Assembly (NCBI GenBank): GCA_951406725.2
Contig: OX597836.1
Span: 40,982,001 to 41,046,000 of the forward strand
Origin: Octopus vulgaris
Taxonomy: Eukaryota
Reading direction: 5' to 3'
DNA: 64,000 bases
Below the pieces are notes generated by a model, which was given only the letters and a program-made list of their open reading frames with translations, ran no database searches and was not told the DNA's origin. Both the position numbers and the translations under genes were made by a program. Positions 40,061 to 52,291 of the stretch are shown one piece after another (positions within the stretch are counted from its first letter, which is position 1; each line of letters starts with the position of its first letter).

Positions 40061-40462
40061 AGGTGGCGAGCTGGCAGAAACGTTAGCACGCCGGGTGAAA
40101 TGTGTAGCTGTATTTCGCCTGCCGTTACGTTCCGAGTCCAAATTCCGCCGAGGTCGACTTTGCCTTTCATCCTTTCGGGGTCGATTAAATAAGTACCAGT
40201 TACGCACTGGAGTCGATGTAATCGACTTAATCCATTTGTCTGTCCTTGTTTAGCCCCTTGTGGGTAGTAAAGGAATAGATATTTCGTCTGCCGCTACATT
40301 CTGAGTTCAAATTCCACCGAGGTTGACTTTGCCTTTCATCCTTTCGGGGTCGATTAAATAAGTACCAGTTACGAACTGGGGGCGATGTAATCATATTAAT
40401 CCATTTGTCTGTCCTTGTTTGTCCCCTCTGTGTTTAGCCCCTTGTGGGTAGTAAAGAAATAG
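40061..40462 (+). mobile_element. SINE family B, head plus two bodies
   Basis: 19-bp TSD gtataaaaatagttatcct (40039-40057 / 40463-40481) around the whole dimer. Confidence 0.88.
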
Positions 40463-40721
40463 GTATAAAAATAGTTATCCTTTCCTATGAAATGCTATTA
40501 ATTAATTACGACCTTAATTTTTCTTGAAATGTTACAGACAATGATGTTTTGTTGAAATGTTAGAAAATAATTATCTAACATTAAAATGATATAATTAAAC
40601 TTGTTAATTAATAGGATTCAGATCATTTCACCAGGTTTATGTTGTGGTAGCATACCTGCAGTTAGATGACATTGTTCTGAAGTTTCTGGATCAAGAGTTT
40701 TTATTTCCTTTATATGAAATA

Positions 40722-41112
40722 CTAGCAGTATCGCCCGGCGTTGCTCGGGTTTGTAAGGGAAATAACTATATAAGCATTTTTAGAGAGTTATAGCCAAAAA
40801 ATAGCAAAAAATGCATTAAAAATGAAAAAAAAATTATGGTAAATTTTTTAAAAAATCGTTGACTCATCGTAGACATTTTTAGAGAGTTACTTCCCTTTAT
40901 TTAAAAAACGTGCATTAAAATGGAAAAAAATGATGGTAAATTATTTAAAAAATCGTAGACTCATCGTAGACGCGCGCTAATACCCAGAAGGGCTCAATAT
41001 GAATCACGACTATAAGATACCCGGTTTTGGTTAAACTGCATCGCAAAATGTGGGAGTAGTTAGGAATCTAAATCGGAGTAGACACACACAACCTTTCTTT
41101 TATATATAAAGA
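40722..41112 (-). mobile_element. Non-autonomous Helitron with internal tandem duplication
   Basis: Same termini as 37881-38151 and 31012-31302. Confidence 0.82.
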
Positions 41113-41258
41113 TATATAATGTGGTGGCCTAATTTCTTCATAGATCAACCTATTCCCTCATGTGAAATGTTTTGTAATGTGATCAACTTATTTCTTTATG
41201 TGAAATATATTTTATATTGTAACCATGACTAACCTGTTGAATTTCTCCTTAAATTTAG

Positions 41259-41402
41259 GTAATGCTAATTCAATCAGCAATAACCAATTACGACTGTTGA
41301 CCACACAAGCCCAACAGGCTCAGACTCCTCCTGTCATTTATTCTAGTAACAACTCTAGCAACAGTGCCACACCCCAGCAAAACAATACCCTTGGTGGAAG
41401 TG
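41259..41402 (+). CDS. pum: Pumilio exon I (GNANSISNNQLRLLTTQAQ...NTLGGS)
   Basis: tttag| and G|gtgagt; 144 nt, phase 1-1, N/Q/S-rich open frame. Confidence 0.82.
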
Positions 41403-41988
41403 GTGAGTACTTTAACCCTTTAGAATTTCACCCTTTAACATGTAGATGACTCTGTCAAAGTTAATGCTTGTGCCCCTATATCTCTAATCTCTCAAGCATA
41501 TCAATTGGCACAAAGCCCTCCTCCTTTCCTATTGCGCCCTCCTCCCAAGTGAAGAGTACACCATGCACATACATCACAACCATATGCGCGCGACATGGTG
41601 ATCTCATATCAAGATAAACAGCGCATGACCTTGCAGGTGGGGCCCAGTTAGAATTTTCTTCAGGTTGAGTAGCCCATCCTGCTCAAAAGGTCCCTGAATA
41701 AGGGTTGTTTAAGGATGTTGAAAGAACCACCCATGTTTCCAAAGGCAAATTATTCAAACCCCAAAGAATCCCTCTCAACACATGGCTATGATGCTCCCCC
41801 ACTACTTCTGCTCGTGATCAGAGATGCACATATCGTCAGCCAGTAAGGGACATGCTCAACTGGTTAAGGTCAAACAACTGACAAGCAAATCTGTGGTATT
41901 GAGCAGAATATTTGCTGTAGCCCATCTTTTATACCAAGACAAAACAATGTACATGATAACACTTCCAATCAGTTGGAAGTGTTATCAT

Positions 41989-42226
41989 ATTATTATTATT
42001 ATTATTATTATGGTCGGGTTCCAATCTGGGCCGCAGCAACAAAGTCCACCTGCCACACTTCTTGGTCCACTGTCACTGCCTCTAGGTCTTGGATACATTC
42101 CAGGCCAGTGTGTGCTGTCAGTTTGTCGATGTGACATTTTCCTCTTCTTACATCACCATAAAGTGGCTTTCACAAGGCTAATTCGGATGCTTCTAGTTCA
42201 GGGTGGTGCGCACAGTGACCAGATAG
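41989..42226 (-). mobile_element. 5'-truncated RTE-clade LINE 3' end, decayed
   Basis: Minus strand encodes LSGHCAHHPELEASELAL*KPLYGDVRRG..IDKL..HTGL....DL....DQEVW...GTRP* followed by a (TAA)n tail, typical of RTE ORF2 C-termini. Confidence 0.65.
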
Positions 42227-42400
42227 TTGCAGCCCGGGTGGGTTGGATGGAGTTTGTTGAGGCAATTGTTCTTTGACTGTGGCTGGACCCTCTTTCTGTC
42301 ATCAACTCTCACCCATTTCCAAGTAAGGTAATAGTTCCCCCTTGAATGAACAAACCTGTTTTCAGGGAAAATTGTAAACAGATACTGTATATCAAAGCAA

Positions 42401-42437
<37 letters not shown>

Positions 42438-42789
42438 TAACTATATATATAATTGGTTTCTTTCAATTTCCATCTACCAAATCCACTTAAAAAGCATTGG
42501 TTGGCCTGAGGCTACATACAGTAGGAGACACTTGCCCAAGGGTGTGTGTAGTGGGACTGAACCCGAGGCCATATGATTGGAAAGCAAGCTCCCTAACCAC
42601 ACAGCTGTGCTTGTGGAACATTTCACAAAATGCCCTGCTTCTAATGCGACTGCATTATTGATGGGAGAGCAAATTCCACAAGCTACAGAGCTGGATAAAC
42701 ATAACTCCACAAACCACAATAATTAATAAAATATTGAAAAACCAGCCAAATTATCAGTTTTCCTCCACATACACAAACCACTCCTGATA

Positions 42790-43190
42790 TACTCTTTTAC
42801 TTGTTTCAGTCATTTGACTGCGGCCATGCTGGTGCACCGCCTTTTAGTCGAGCAAATCGACCTCGGGACTTATTCTTTATAAGCCCAGTACTTATTCTAT
42901 CGGTCTCTTTTGCCGAACCGCTAAGTGACGGGGACGTAAACACACCAGCATTAGTTGTCAAGCAAGCTAGAGGGACAAACACAGACACACAAACATATAC
43001 ACACACACATACATATATACATATATATGACAGGCTTCTTTCAGTTTCCGTCTACCAAATCCACTCACAAGGCTTTGGTCGGCCAGAGGCTATAGCGGAA
43101 GACATTTGCCTAAGATGCCACGCAGTGGGACTGAACCCGGAACCATGTGGTTGGTAAGCAAGCTACTTACCACACAGCCACTCCTGCGCC
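42790..43190 (-). mobile_element. SINE family A
   Basis: Full-length copy. Confidence 0.88.
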
Positions 43191-43311
43191 TATATGTATT
43201 GTATATTGCGATGCTTGTGTAGACAAGTAATTTATAGAATGTTTGAAAGAAAAACTCGTTTGTAATTTTTTTCCTTTTTTCTTAAATACCTTTTTAATTT
43301 CTCTCTCTCAG

Positions 43312-43470
43312 GATACACCCCGTCAAGTACTCTGCCTGGTTACACTCAAGTTACATCAAGTCTATTCACACCCATTAGTGCCAACCTGGGGCTTACACCA
43401 CAACAGCAAAACAACTACAATGGGCCGGCTGCTAGTCTTGGTGGCTCTGCCCCTGGAGCAATTGGTTCTG
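43312..43470 (+). CDS. pum: Pumilio exon J (GYTPSSTLPGYTQVTSSLFTPISANLG...SLGGSAPGAIGS)
   Basis: ctctctcag| and G|gtaagt; 159 nt, phase 1-1, open. Confidence 0.85.
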
Positions 43471-43524
43471 GTAAGTAGAAGTGATCTTGGGGATCATTTT
43501 GCAGACTTGCTAGTACTTCTTCGT

Positions 43525-43942
43525 GGATCTTTTCCGTTTGACCGGCAGTTTTTTTCTAGCGGTGTCATATGAAATTGTCACCCATAATTATGACCCTAGT
43601 ATCGATCTATTGCATTTCAATCTATTTTAGGGTTAGGGGTGGGGGGAAGGGTATTTTTTTCTCTTCAGAAATGTAAATAAACCCAATCTGTTTCTTAAAC
43701 GGGGGACATTTTCATACGGCACAGAATGTTTTCACCTCAATAGACATCATTGATTGGTTGAAATTGCAGAAATTGAAGAAAAAAAAAAAACCCAACAAAT
43801 ATCTTACAAACTATAGAATTTTCTCAATAAAGCCAAGAGAGAAAAATGTTTTATAAGCACATTCTACCAGAATACGAAGTTTAAAAGTATTTAGTTACGT
43901 GGAAATTATTTAAAAAAACTGCCGTTCAAACCAAAAGGATCC
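43525..43942. mobile_element. 418-bp TIR element family G (hAT or Mutator-like MITE)
   Basis: About 30-bp TIRs GGATCTTTTCCGTTTGACCGGCAGTTTTTT / AAAAAACTGCCGTTCAAACCAAAAGGATCC; 8-bp TSD ttcttcgt/ttctttgt. Confidence 0.8.
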
Positions 43943-43991
43943 TTCTTTGTTGTACTTCTCTGACATGTTGCCTTTGTTTTTTTATCACCAG

Positions 43992-44183
43992 GGTTAAATA
44001 ACCAACGTCGTGATTCATTAGATTTTAAAAGACAACAGCCAACATCGGTGCTGTTTAACCAGTATTACAATCCCATTGGTGGTATGTCTGGTGCTCCAGC
44101 TGGACCAATGGGTCTTGTACAACCAGGTCAGTCAGTCACACCTCCACCTTCCTTGTCAGGTTCCACATCAAATCTGTCGATAG
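43992..44183 (+). CDS. pum: Pumilio exon K (GLNNQRRDSLDFKR...PAGPMG...TPPPSLSGSTSNLSI)
   Basis: accag| and G|gttagt; RRDSL and TPPPSLS motifs of PUM1/2; 192 nt, phase 1-1. Confidence 0.93.
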
Positions 44184-44289
44184 GTTAGTATGGAAAACTT
44201 AACTTTATAATCATAATGTTGAGCTTTATTTTTCTTTATTTATTGGTAAACTTATTGACTAAAAAAAAAATACACTTTTGCATTTACAG

Positions 44290-44437
44290 GGTTGGGTAAT
44301 ACAGGCAGATTGGTTTCTGCTGCTCCTGGTGCTGAAACTAGATTTCGTAATGGCCCCCTGCCCCCTGGTGGTGGTGGCGGCGGTGGTAGTGGTGGTCTTC
44401 TCACTGGTGGTGCATTATTCAATCGCACACACAGGAG
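44290..44437 (+). CDS. pum: Pumilio exon L (GLGNTGRLVSAAPGAETRFRNG...poly-G...NRTHR)
   Basis: ttacag| and AG|gtaatt; GR..SAAPGAE motif; phase 1-2; preceded by a 106-nt intron. Confidence 0.93.
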
Positions 44438-44477
44438 GTAATTGCGTTTTTTTCTCTTTATTCCCACTTAATGTTAT

Positions 44478-45070
44478 GTTTCTTTATTACCCACAAGGGG
44501 CTAAACATAGAGGGGGACAAACAAAACAAACGGATTAAGTCAATTATATCGACCCCCAGTGCGTAACTGGTACTTTATTTATCGACCCCGAAAAGATGAA
44601 AGGTAAAGTCGACCTCGGTGGAATTTGAACTCAGAATGTAGCGGCAAGCGAAATACCTATTTCTTTACTACCCACAAGGGACTAAACACAGAGGACAAAC
44701 AAGGACAGACAAAGGGATTAAGTCGATAATATTGACCCCCCAGTGCGTAGCTGGCACTTTATTTATCGACCCCGAAAGGATGAAAGGTAAAGTCGACCTC
44801 GATGGAATTTGAACTCAGAACGTAGCGGCAAGCGAAATACCTATTTCTTCACTACCCACAAGGGACTAAACACAGAGAGGACAAACAAGGACAGACAAAC
44901 GGATTAAGTCGATTATATTGACCCCCAGTGTGTAACTGGCACTTTATTTATTGACCCCGAAAGGATGAAAGGTAAAGTCGACCTCAGCAGAATTTGAACT
45001 CAAAACGCAACGGCAGACAAAATACGGCTACGCATTTCGCCCAGCATGCTAACAATTCTGCCAGCTCGTC
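44478..45070 (-). mobile_element. SINE family B, head plus three bodies
   Basis: 17-bp TSD attccc(a/g)cttaatgtta (44460-44476 / 45074-45090). Confidence 0.88.
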
Positions 45071-45649
45071 GACATTCCCGCTTAATGTTAAATAGCTTTC
45101 AAATTCAGCCCTTTAGCATTCACACAACTCTGTCAAATTTAATACTTATTTATTCACCTGGCCAAAATATTTAATCTGTTTTATGCTCAAACTGACCAGA
45201 TCCAGGCTCTCACACCTACCCTACAATGTTATTCTACATTAAGTAATTACACCATCAAGATCTTGAAGATATGGGATAATGCATGATTAATTCAAATCTA
45301 TGTGAATCAATAAGCATTATGTTTGATAGAATAATCTGAACACTAAAGGGTTAATCATGAATTATCACGTAGCTTTGAGATTTCAATAATATGGTTTATT
45401 ATTAGAATGATAATGTAGGGTAGGAGTAAGCGGTAGGACCTAGCCCCCCCCCCATATTTGGGTCAGATATGGCCAGTTTGAATGCTAAAATGCTAATCCA
45501 TTTTATTAGAATTACATTTGCCTCTTGAAGAAAAATATGACATTGGGAAGTTTTCATTGTGAATTTAACTTTTTTTTCAATGCTTGATTCTGAAATACAA
45601 ATAACAGACCTGATCCATAAGATTTACAATGGATTTGAACAATACGTAA

Positions 45650-46036
45650 GCGCAGGAGTGGCTGTGTGGTAAGTAGCTTGCTTACGAACCACATGGTTCC
45701 AGGTTCAGTCCCACTGCATGGCACACCTTGGGCAAGCGTCTTCTGCTATAGCTTCAGGCCGACCAAAGCCTTGTGAGTGGATTTGGTAGACAGAAACTGA
45801 AAGAAGACCGTCGTATATGTGTGTGTGTGTATGTTTGTGTGTCTGTTTGTCCCTCTAGCATTGCTTGACAACCGATGCTGGTGTGTTTATGTCCCCCGTA
45901 ACTTAGCGGTTCGGCAAAAGAGGCCGATAGAATAAGTACTAGGCTTACAAAGAATAAGTCCTGGGGTCGATTTGCTCGGCTAAAGGCAGTGCTCTAGCAT
46001 GGCCGCAGTCAAATGACTGAAACAAGTAAAAGAGTA
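45650..46036 (+). mobile_element. SINE family A
   Basis: Full-length copy. Confidence 0.88.
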
Positions 46037-46214
46037 ATAAGATTTATAAGTCTCAGTTAATACTGTTGATGCATCTGAACAATAAGAACTGTGACTAGTG
46101 TATTTATGTCCTTTCCGATTCTGCTATGCCAACTAAAGCTAGTTGTTTATTAACTATCAGTTCTTCCAGTGGCCTGTTGCTTTAAACCTGATTTACCATT
46201 TTCGTATATTTTAG

Positions 46215-46349
46215 TGCCAGTCTATCCAAAGAAGTGTCTGGGAGGAGTCGTTTACTGGAGGACTTCCGAAATAACAGAATTCCAAATCTCCTCCTCAAAG
46301 ATCTTGCCAATCATGTTGTAGAATTTTCACAAGATCAACATGGATCCCG
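46215..46349 (+). CDS. pum: Pumilio exon M, start of PUM-HD ([37 protein letters not shown])
   Basis: ttttag| and CG|gtaagt; canonical start of the Pumilio homology domain; phase 2-2. Confidence 0.97.
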
Positions 46350-48194
46350 GTAAGTAGTTGGGTTATTCAGTATTTAAAATTTCAATTTACTGTTCTTCTC
46401 GTAATTGAAATAAGTTCTATTTTTTTCTGTAGAATGTTCTTTAGGAAAGTTGTAAATCTACTGGAGTTCTATTCACTCTTGTCCAAATATAGGATAAAGT
46501 GTTAACAGTATTGAAACATTTTACATGTTTATAGAATTGTAAGGGGTTTGTGGTTAATATTACCATTTTTGCTGGTGTATTAGATATACTTTTTCATTTT
46601 TTTTAAATGTATTAACCCTTTTGTTATCTTATTTCTATTGAAATACTCTGTGTTTCTTTCAATTAATTTTAAATATAACAAAGAATTTAGTAAAATAACT
46701 TGGTTATCATAAATTGTGACAAAGGTTTGGTGGAAGATTTTAGTTCAAAACCTTTGGAAACAAGACATTTGTACTCAAAGCCAGGGCCGTTTTCAGCCAG
46801 GTTGGTAACGAAAGGGTTAAAAAAACAACCTGGCATCTAATGTGACTGCATTACATATGGGAGACCCAACTACCACAGGCCAAGGAGCTGGACAAGTATA
46901 AGTTCACTAGGAACAACAACAATAATAATATTCCTTTCTGCTATAGGCACAAAGCCTGAAATCTTACGGGAGGGGGGTAAAGTCAATTACATCGATCCCA
47001 GTATTCAATTGGTACTTAGTTTATCGACCCGGAAAAGATGAAAGGGAAAGTTGTCCCTGGTGGCATTTGAACCCAGAACGTGAAGACATGAAATGCTGCT
47101 AAGCATTTCACTCGGTGTGCTAATGATTCTGCCAGCTTGCTGTGTTAATAATAATATATTAGAATCATGCCATATTATCACAGTCTGTTGGCACAAGCTT
47201 ACATAAAATTCCTTAGACTACATTGCAGATAAGTGAGGAGGCCATATCACTTCATTTTACCTCCTACCTCCACATACATAAACCAGTTCCGATTTGTATC
47301 TTACATTGTTTAATAACTGTGTTACCTTTAAGAAACATTTCTTTAAATTATATAAATAAAAGTTCTCCTAGAAGGATGAAAAGAATGTTAAGCTTCCATC
47401 TGCTTGTCGGCTATTTGCCATATGTGGATGATAAAACCACAGCAGTGGTGCTCTACTCTGGTGGCCGATCACAATTACACAAAACATTAAAGCCGACAAT
47501 TCTCTTGACCAAAATAGATACAACTATACAGATGTTCTTAAAGATAAAATTGAAACCTGATACTTGAGTAACATAGTTTATATATGGTAAATTTATAGCT
47601 GTGTACTTTATTGTTCCAAAATACTGTCAGAACATTGTTTTTATGTGCACAGTTGCATATTTTTTCCTAAGAAGCCACTAGAAAAAAAATTTTTTTCCAA
47701 TGATGAAATATGGACACTTAGTGTTTTGTCACGAAATAGCTTTGTAAAATAGGGTTACATCTTGTATGCTAGCAAATGTGGTAAATCCTAAAGAAAACCA
47801 TTTATTTTATTGCCCTGTGCGTAAGCGAAAGCAGGTTATTGTAGTCACTCATCTTTGTTTGTGTGTTTGCAAAATTACTGGGAAATGGCTGAATGGATTT
47901 CCCCCAAATTTTGCAGAAATACTCATTAGGTGAGTGACTCAAACTCATTAAATTTTGGTTTGATTATCTTCAAAACTGGCAGATGGGTGAATCTGAATGT
48001 TTTTTTTTTTTTTTTCTTTGTTACATATACATAAACGATAAGCAGGGAAAATAACTCTTGATGTCATTTTGTTGAAATATGAATTCGTCTGGGAATATAT
48101 TTATTAAATTAAATTTTATTTTATCCTTGTGTGAGTGCAGGGTATGCATCACCCCTCCAATGCCTTTTTTCTCTATTTTAATTTTTTTTTCCAG

Positions 48195-48453
48195 ATTTAT
48201 CCAACAAAAGCTGGAGAGAGCAACTCCACAAGAGAAAGCCATGGTCTTTAATGAGATCCTTTCTGCTGCTTATAGTTTAATGACAGATGTGTTTGGGAAT
48301 TACGTTATTCAGAAGTTCTTTGAATTTGGTGTTATTGAGCAGAAGCAAACATTGGCTCAACGTGTGCGTGGCCATGTTCTTTCTTTAGCACTGCAGATGT
48401 ATGGCTGTCGGGTCATTCAAAAGGCTTTGGAGTCTATTCCATCTGACATGCAG
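48195..48453 (+). CDS. pum: Pumilio exon N, PUF repeats 1-3 ([10 protein letters not shown]...[12 protein letters not shown]...[16 protein letters not shown])
   Basis: ccag| and CAG|gttagt; near-identical to PUM1/2 repeats; phase 2-0. Confidence 0.98.
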
Positions 48454-49861
48454 GTTAGTTCTTCACCTTTCTACTATTTCGTTGCTAGAATAAAAGCACA
48501 GCTTTGGCTCTGGTGTGAGCACCTTGGGCAAATGTCTTCTGCTATTGGTCTTGGCCGATCAAACCTTAGTGGATTTGGTAGACGGAAACTGAAACAAGCC
48601 CCTCCCCTGCCACCAATGTTGGCATTCATGGCATAGTTTTTTTTTGCAACCAGCAGTTTTATTTCATGGAGATCAGTTGAATTCAAAGGAATATCCCTCT
48701 GGAAGGCCTTTCTCTTAAGTTACTTTTTTGAGATGTAATCTACCCCCAATTGCATTGCTAACATTTGCTTAGAATTGCAGGTAGCTATATTGGTTTTTGA
48801 GTCCTTTCTGATTAGCCAGGCAATAAAAAGCACATTCATAATACTCAAATTTACTAGATAACCAAACCACTATCACCACCACCACCACTTGTTTCATCAA
48901 TTGTTTGATTCATCTGCTGCACACCCACTTCTGTAACTTGTAATTAAGGCTCATGAGTGGTGTCTACATACAGCTGAGTACAAGTGGATAGAAAATGAAT
49001 TTACCTCTTATCTCTGTATGCAGTCACAAATTTCCTTTCTACTATTGGATTATTTCACTTTTTTTAAATTTTGCTTTTGTATCCAATAACATCCCCTTTC
49101 TGCTTACAATTGTTGAAGCACATATACATTGCCACAGTTTCTAAATCCACCATAAATTTAACTGAACTGAAAAATTGGTCAAAAAATAATATATTGTCTT
49201 ATGGCATGGGTGCTAGAATTTCTAGACTACATCATACCCTAAGCCATGCTGACTTGTATAATTGTCTTTTTTTGTTTTATCCTGTATAAAATTTAAATCC
49301 ACAACAGTACCCATTTCACAAATCCTTTAAACTTTGATTCCCTATTTTCTGGGTTTGCCTGGTATATGCTGTTTGAAATGTACTTGGCCCTTATGCTCTG
49401 TCACACTAGAGTTGGGTTATCTGCTTTGTAATTTTTTTTATATACATTTAACACTGAAGTGGCAGAGGTTTATTGTAAGTAAGGGATCATATTTTAAGTC
49501 TACTGCTAGTCTCATGTAGAAGTATTGATATAATTTTAAAAACCGTGTTCATGTCAAGATATTTAGTAGTTTTGTAGTCCCGGGCAGCTTCCTTAATGTC
49601 CATAATATCTTGCATGTACAGTTAGATGTACAACAACAACTCTTGGATGAATTAGAGCTCCGTATAGATTATCTTAATCCATTCTGCTTCCAGTATAGAG
49701 GTTAGTTGACAACTGTACCTAGCAGTGTTACTAGTGATGATATACAGAGCATACAAAGTACGTTTCATTTCAATTATTTGGAACTCAGATGTTTAAATTC
49801 AATAGATCATGAGAATATTTTATGTTCTGTTCCAGTGATCAAATATCTCTAATGTCCATAA

Positions 49862-50285
49862 TCTCTTCTCTCTATATATAAACGGCAGTTTGTCTGTGTG
49901 GCTGTCAGGTTGTACCCTCACCCTGACCACGGCTTTCAACCGATTCTGATGAAACTTGACACACACATAGCCCAATGTCATAATTCAATACTAACGCAGC
50001 GAAAATTTTGAAAAGTTCCCCCCAGTTCTGAAAAAAATCGATAAATTCGACATGGGGTCGAGAATCTAAGCTTTTTATATGCAACACATTTTCTGTTGTA
50101 GTTTTCGCAACTTGCAATTGGGAGACAGCTAGGAACATCGTATACATAGAAGTATTCGAGTGAAGAGAAGACATTGCAACCTATACATGCGCCTTCGTTC
50201 CCTAGAGGCAAAGAACTAGATTGGGATTAGTTGTTGCCTACTAGGGGCTCTTACATACCCGGGCAACGCTGGGCTATGCTGCTAG
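49862..50285 (+). mobile_element. Non-autonomous Helitron
   Basis: A|TC start, CCCGGGCAACGCTGGG hairpin, CTAG|T end; 5' half shared with 25086-25468. Confidence 0.78.
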
Positions 50286-50382
50286 TATTTTATAAGCAGA
50301 AAATGTTATTGTCTTTTCGCCTTCAGGTAGTTGTTGTGATGGTTGTTAATGTGGTTATTGATGTTTTCTGATTTTTATACAG

Positions 50383-50520
50383 GTTGAAATTGTAAAAGAA
50401 TTAGATGGACATGTACTAAAGTGTGTCAAAGACCAGAATGGAAACCATGTTGTACAGAAATGTATCGAGTGTGTTGAACCAAATCATCTTCAGTTCATTA
50501 TTGATGCTTTTAAAGGACAT
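50383..50520 (+). CDS. pum: Pumilio exon O, PUF repeat 4 ([30 protein letters not shown]...FKGH)
   Basis: atacag| and |gtaagt; 138 nt, phase 0-0; missed by the ORF track because it is short. Confidence 0.98.
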
Positions 50521-50779
50521 GTAAGTTTTCTTTTCTGTATCTAAACCCTTTCATTACGATATTTCTGTTGAAATGCCTTGCCTTTGTTACAATCAGTTCT
50601 GAAAATAATGAAGTTTTCAGTGAAATAACTTTACCATTAACCCTTTAGCACTTAATCTAGCCCAAATATTCTACATGTTTTATGTTCAAACTGGCCAGAT
50701 CTGCCCTTTTACTCATACCCTACAATGTCATTCTAAATATAAACAATCATCCCCTCATCGAAATCTTAGAGCTATAAGA

Positions 50780-51098
50780 CTGACTGTGGGATTGCACCTA
50801 GAAAGTTACCCTCCCAGGCACAAGTCTGGGCAAAGGTTGTTTATGGAAGACCAGCTGTCACCCATGCATACCGGCCTCCCATCTCCACGCCACCAGTGTT
50901 ATCCAAGGGAAAGGCAAAGGGGCCAATACAGCTTGGCACCAGTGACGTCGCAACCCATTTCTACAGCTGAGTCAACTGGAGCAACGTGAAATAAAGTGTC
51001 TTGCTCAAGAACACAACACGCAGCCCGGTCTGGGATTCGAACTCACAACCTCAAGATCGTAAGCTCGATGCTCTAACCACTGAGTCACATGCCTTCAC
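50780..51098 (-). mobile_element. tRNA-derived SINE (family C-like head, different body) nested in MITE E1
   Basis: Minus head GACTCAGTGGTTAGAGC...GAGTTCGAATCCC; flanked by agagctataaga duplication. Confidence 0.75.
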
Positions 51099-51282
51099 AG
51101 AGCTATAAGATATAATAAGCATTACATTTGACAGAGAAATCTAAATGCTAAAGGGTTCTTTGGAGCATCGATCGATATGAAATTCTGATGGTAGTTTTTT
51201 TTAGATTACTTTCAAAGGTAAGTTTTTATCAGTGGCCAAGGGGCAATCTCTGGTAGTTTGGTATCAAACCAATTAAAACCCT

Positions 51283-51499
51283 TGGCACGTAAAAAGCACC
51301 ATCCGAGCGTGGCCGTTCGTCAACCTCGTCTGGCACCCACTACACTCACGGAGTGGTTGGCGTTAGGAAGGGCATCCAGCTGTAGAAACACTGCCGGATC
51401 AAGATTGGAGCCTGGTGTAGCCTCCTGGCTTCCCAGACCCCAGTTGAACCGTCCAACCCATGCTAGCATGGAAATCGGACGTTAAACGATGATGATGAT
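51283..51499 (+). mobile_element. Retroposon family D
   Basis: Family D tail with (GAT)n. Confidence 0.8.
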
Positions 51500-52043
51500 T
51501 CAGATTACTTTGTCAAATGTAATGCTTATTTATTCACATTGTTTTGAATCTATCAGGTACTATTTGAAGATTGTTTATTTTTAGAACGACATTGCAGGGT
51601 AGGTGTAAGAGGCCAGGTCTGGCTGATTTGAAGCTAAAACAGGAATATTTTGTCTAGACATGGCCACTTTGAATGTTAAAGGTTTAAATATAATAGCTGG
51701 ATTTATAAAAAATATATCTTAACCCTTTAGTGTTCAGATTATTTTGTCAAATGTTATGCTTATGCAATCAAATTGTTTTGAATTAATCATGCAAAGACAT
51801 CATATCACTGAAATTTTGAGGATGGGATTGCTTATTCTTAGAATGACATTGTAGGATAAGTGTGCAAAGCCAGATCAGGCCAGTTTGAACATACAACCAG
51901 TAGAATATTTGGGCCGGATATGGCTGATTTAAATGCTAAAGGGTTAATAGAATCTCCAGTATGTTGTTAGTTATTATTTCAGTATTACATTTCCTCAGAG
52001 CCAGGAATTAATTCTATGCCTTGCCTTACGTCTCTTTTTATAG

Positions 52044-52291
52044 GTGTTCAGTTTGTCTACACACCCGTATGGTTGCAGAGTGATCCAACGCATTCTTGAA
52101 CACTGTACTGCAGAACAAACAACTCCCATTCTCGAGGAACTCCATGAACATACTGAAAGACTTGTTCAAGACCAGTATGGTAATTATGTTGTGCAGCATG
52201 TTTTGGAACATGGACGAGCTGAAGACAAAAGTAAGATAGTCGGAGTAATCAGAGGAAAAGTACTTGATCTCAGCCAGCACAAATTTGCCAG
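52044..52291 (+). CDS. pum: Pumilio exon P, PUF repeats 5-7 ([20 protein letters not shown]...[15 protein letters not shown]...SQHKFAS)
   Basis: tatag| and AG|gtaaat; phase 0-2. Confidence 0.98.

Noticed and set aside
48454-48636. ORF read-through beyond exon N
   Set aside because: Intron and SINE sequence after a canonical donor; the protein continues at 50383
50311-50382. Acceptor-like cttcag|gt 56 nt upstream of the exon O acceptor (possible poison extension or recursive site)
   Set aside because: Would introduce a stop and has no independent support; such AGs are common
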